A stretch of 64,000 nt of DNA from Octopus sinensis. Its lineage: Eukaryota. The stretch covers positions 372,001-436,000 of the forward strand of contig NC_043023.1 of assembly GCF_006345805.1 (NCBI RefSeq), read 5' to 3'. Of the stretch, positions 61,389 to 64,000 are shown piece by piece (position 1 is the stretch's first letter; every line of letters starts with the position of its first letter). The notes under the pieces were generated by a model, which was not told where the DNA came from, did no database searches, and was given only the letters and a program-made list of their open reading frames with translations. The translations under genes were made by a program, and so were the position numbers.

Positions 61389-61631
61389 GATTATATATAT
61401 ATATATATATAATATATAGTTATGTGTGTGCCTGTATGTTTGTGTTTGTACCCCTATCATTGCTTGACAACCGATGCTGATGTGTTTGCATCCCCGTCAC
61501 TTAGCGGTTCGGTAAAAGGGACCGATAGAATAAGTACTAGGCTTACAAAGAATAAGTCCTGGGGTCGAGTTGCTCGATTAAAGGCGGTGCTCCAGCATGG
61601 CCGCAGTCAAATGACTGAAATAAGTAAAAGA
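61152..61631 (+). mobile_element. SINE family A, full length
   Basis: 'ataggcgcaggagtggctgtgtggtaagtagc' to 'gactgaaataagtaaaaga'. Confidence 0.92.
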
Positions 61632-62214
61632 GAGTATATAGTACCGCTCCGGTTTTTCTGGTAAGTATGGAGCGCCAGACGCATGATGGGGGTGTATGGC
61701 CCTATTAAGGCTCGCATGTGTACAAACCCCACGCCATTACCCACTTGAGAAAAATTCCGGGTTGAAAGGGTTGGAGTGGATCGAACAGCGTGATATATAT
61801 TTATTGCCGCAAGTACCCCGGGTAGAAGGGAAACTGTGCGGAACCCTAATGAATACATCGTACATGTAATTTAACGAAGGGCCTTCTTACGCGCTGCCCC
61901 TCGTTGATTGTACTTCATGGTGTACAATATATCTGAGGAATACGCAGCCACTCGGGATATCATACAAGACGGGCTGTTCCTCTCAGTGTGGAGTGGTTAA
62001 AGAAGGCCGCGTTACACCCAAGGGGTTTCTGGTTCAGTCCCAGCTGCGCAGCACTTTGGGGGCAAGTTTAAGTGTCTTCTTCCACAACTTGTGTGACGCA
62101 AACCATGCGGCACCCGTTGTGTGTATGCCACAGAACCTCCCAAAAGTTAGACACAAATATCTAAGCATTGTCTAAGCCTAATTAGGTTACCTTTGACGAA
62201 AAACCAAAACAACA

Positions 62215-62815
62215 GATGCAGTCGTGACTGTGTGGTAAGGAGCTTGCTTTCCAATGACATGGTTCTGGGTTCAGTCCCACTGGTGATACCTTGGGCAAGC
62301 ATCTTCTACTATAGTTTCGGCTTTACCAAATCCACTGGATTTGGTGGATTTGGTACGCAGAAACTGAAAGGCGAGCGAGCTGGGCAGAAACGTTAGCACG
62401 CCGGGCGAAATGCTTAGCGGTATTTCGTCTGCCGTTACGTTCTGAGTTCAAATTCCGCCGAGGTCGACTTTGCCTTTCATCCTTTCAGGGGCGATTAAAT
62501 AAGTACCAGTTGCGCACTGGGGTCGATGAAATCGATTTAATCCGTTCTCCTGTGTTTAGCCCGTTGTGGGTAGTAAAGAAATAAGAAACTGAAAGAAGCC
62601 CGTCGTGTTTGCTCCCCCCACCCATTCCGCTTTATAATCGGTGGTGTTGTGTTTATGTCCCCGTAACTTAACGGTTCGGTAAAAGAGATCGACAGAATGA
62701 GTAGCAGGCTTACAAATAGAAAAAAAAGAAATATACTGGAATCGATTCATTCGAATCAAAATTCAAGGTGGTGCCCCAGCATGGCCGCCATCTAATGACT
62801 GAAACAAGCAAAAGA
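62215..62815 (+). mobile_element. SINE family A interrupted by a family B copy (62371-62585)
   Basis: Family A stops at 'gaaactgaaag' (62370) and resumes 'gaaactgaaagaagcccgtcg' (~62586), consistent with a target duplication. Confidence 0.8.
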
Positions 62816-63129
62816 TGAAATATATCTAAAAAGGTTAATGTGTGTGTGTGTGTGTGTTCGCGTACTTAAATGTATGAGTGAGCCTGTATTTGCGTGTGTG
62901 TACGCACGCAGATCTTGTGAGTGTGTGCTTGCCTGCGTGCGTGTGTACGTACGTGTCAGTGCTTAACGCAGAGACTATTATGTTCTGATCAGCAAAGAGG
63001 CATTGTACGCCACGGTTGCATGAGCTGCTAGAAATAGCAGTCAAATCTCCTTCATCCCATAACTTCACAGTAGTATATTCAGAAACACTACGTCTGAATA
63101 AAGGATGGGATGGTCACAGGTGGAACATC

Positions 63130-63410
<281 letters not shown>

Positions 63411-63419
63411 GTATATGTG

Positions 63420-64000
63420 TGTGCTTGTCCCCTTCAATTGCTTGACAACCGGAGTTGGTTTGTTTACGTCCCCCGTTAACTAGCGGATCGGCTTAAAATA
63501 AAATAAAAATGTACTCGTGAAGTATATTTTTCGACCAAAACTCTTAAATGCGGTGCTCCAGCATGGCTGCAATCCAAAGACAAACAAGTAAAGAATAAAT
63601 GATGAAATATACATAGATAATCAATCAATCAATTTATCTATCTGCCTGCCTGTCTGTCTGTCGTCTGTCTGTCTGTATCTATCTACCAATCTATCGGTCT
63701 CTCTCTCTCTCTCTATCTGTCTATCTATCTACGTGGCTATGTAGCTAAGCAACTCGCTTTGCAGCCTTAAGATTTCGGGTTCAACCCTTTTGCGCGGTAT
63801 CTTAATTAGATCAGAGTTGACCGATGGCTTGCGAGTGAATTTGATAAGTGGAAACTGTGTGGAATCCCATCGAGAGTGTGTGTGTGTGTTTGTCCCCTAC
63901 TACCGCTTGACAATCGGTGTTGGTTCGTTACCGTCCCCGTAACATAGCTGTCCGACGAAAAGCGTCCGAGAGAATAGGTGTGAGAGTCAGAAATTAAGTC
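63420..64000 (+). mobile_element. Family A tail (63420-63592) and a diverged family A copy running off the window end (63730-64000)
   Basis: 'gcggtgctccagcatggc'; 'gggttcaaccc..ggaaactg..cttgacaatcgg'. Confidence 0.7.

Overview
This is AT-rich, intron/intergenic-type animal DNA. The SINE landscape suggests a coleoid cephalopod, most likely Octopus (inference from repeat families, not a database match). Most of the window is simple repeats ((TA)n, (TG)n, (TATG)n, (TCTA)n, (GACA)n, (CAA)n, (CAC)n) plus dozens of copies of at least four tRNA-headed SINE families, labelled A-D here. Other mobile elements are two decayed 3' fragments of a restriction-like-endonuclease (R4/NeSL-type) LINE, RTE-type 3' tails, and two mariner-derived MITEs with TA target duplications. 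Structural repeats include two ~140-bp tandem arrays, a ~1.75-kb tandem duplication, a ~1-kb foldback and several long hairpins. Nearly all ORFs in the supplied track are microsatellite artefacts. I found no complete gene, rRNA or CRISPR array; only a few isolated candidate exons can be supported (best: 38334-38424 on + and 53304-53417 on -). The most interesting signal is a series of hammerhead-ribozyme motifs of the minimal, Penelope-like-element type. Two look nearly intact: 18121-18230, and a U3-A8 variant at 51458-51509 that lies head-to-head with its own antisense copy. One sits in a composite element with a tRNA-like head inside inverted repeats (43292-43600), and about nine more are decayed relics. 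All coordinates and folds were derived by eye, so repeat boundaries are approximate.
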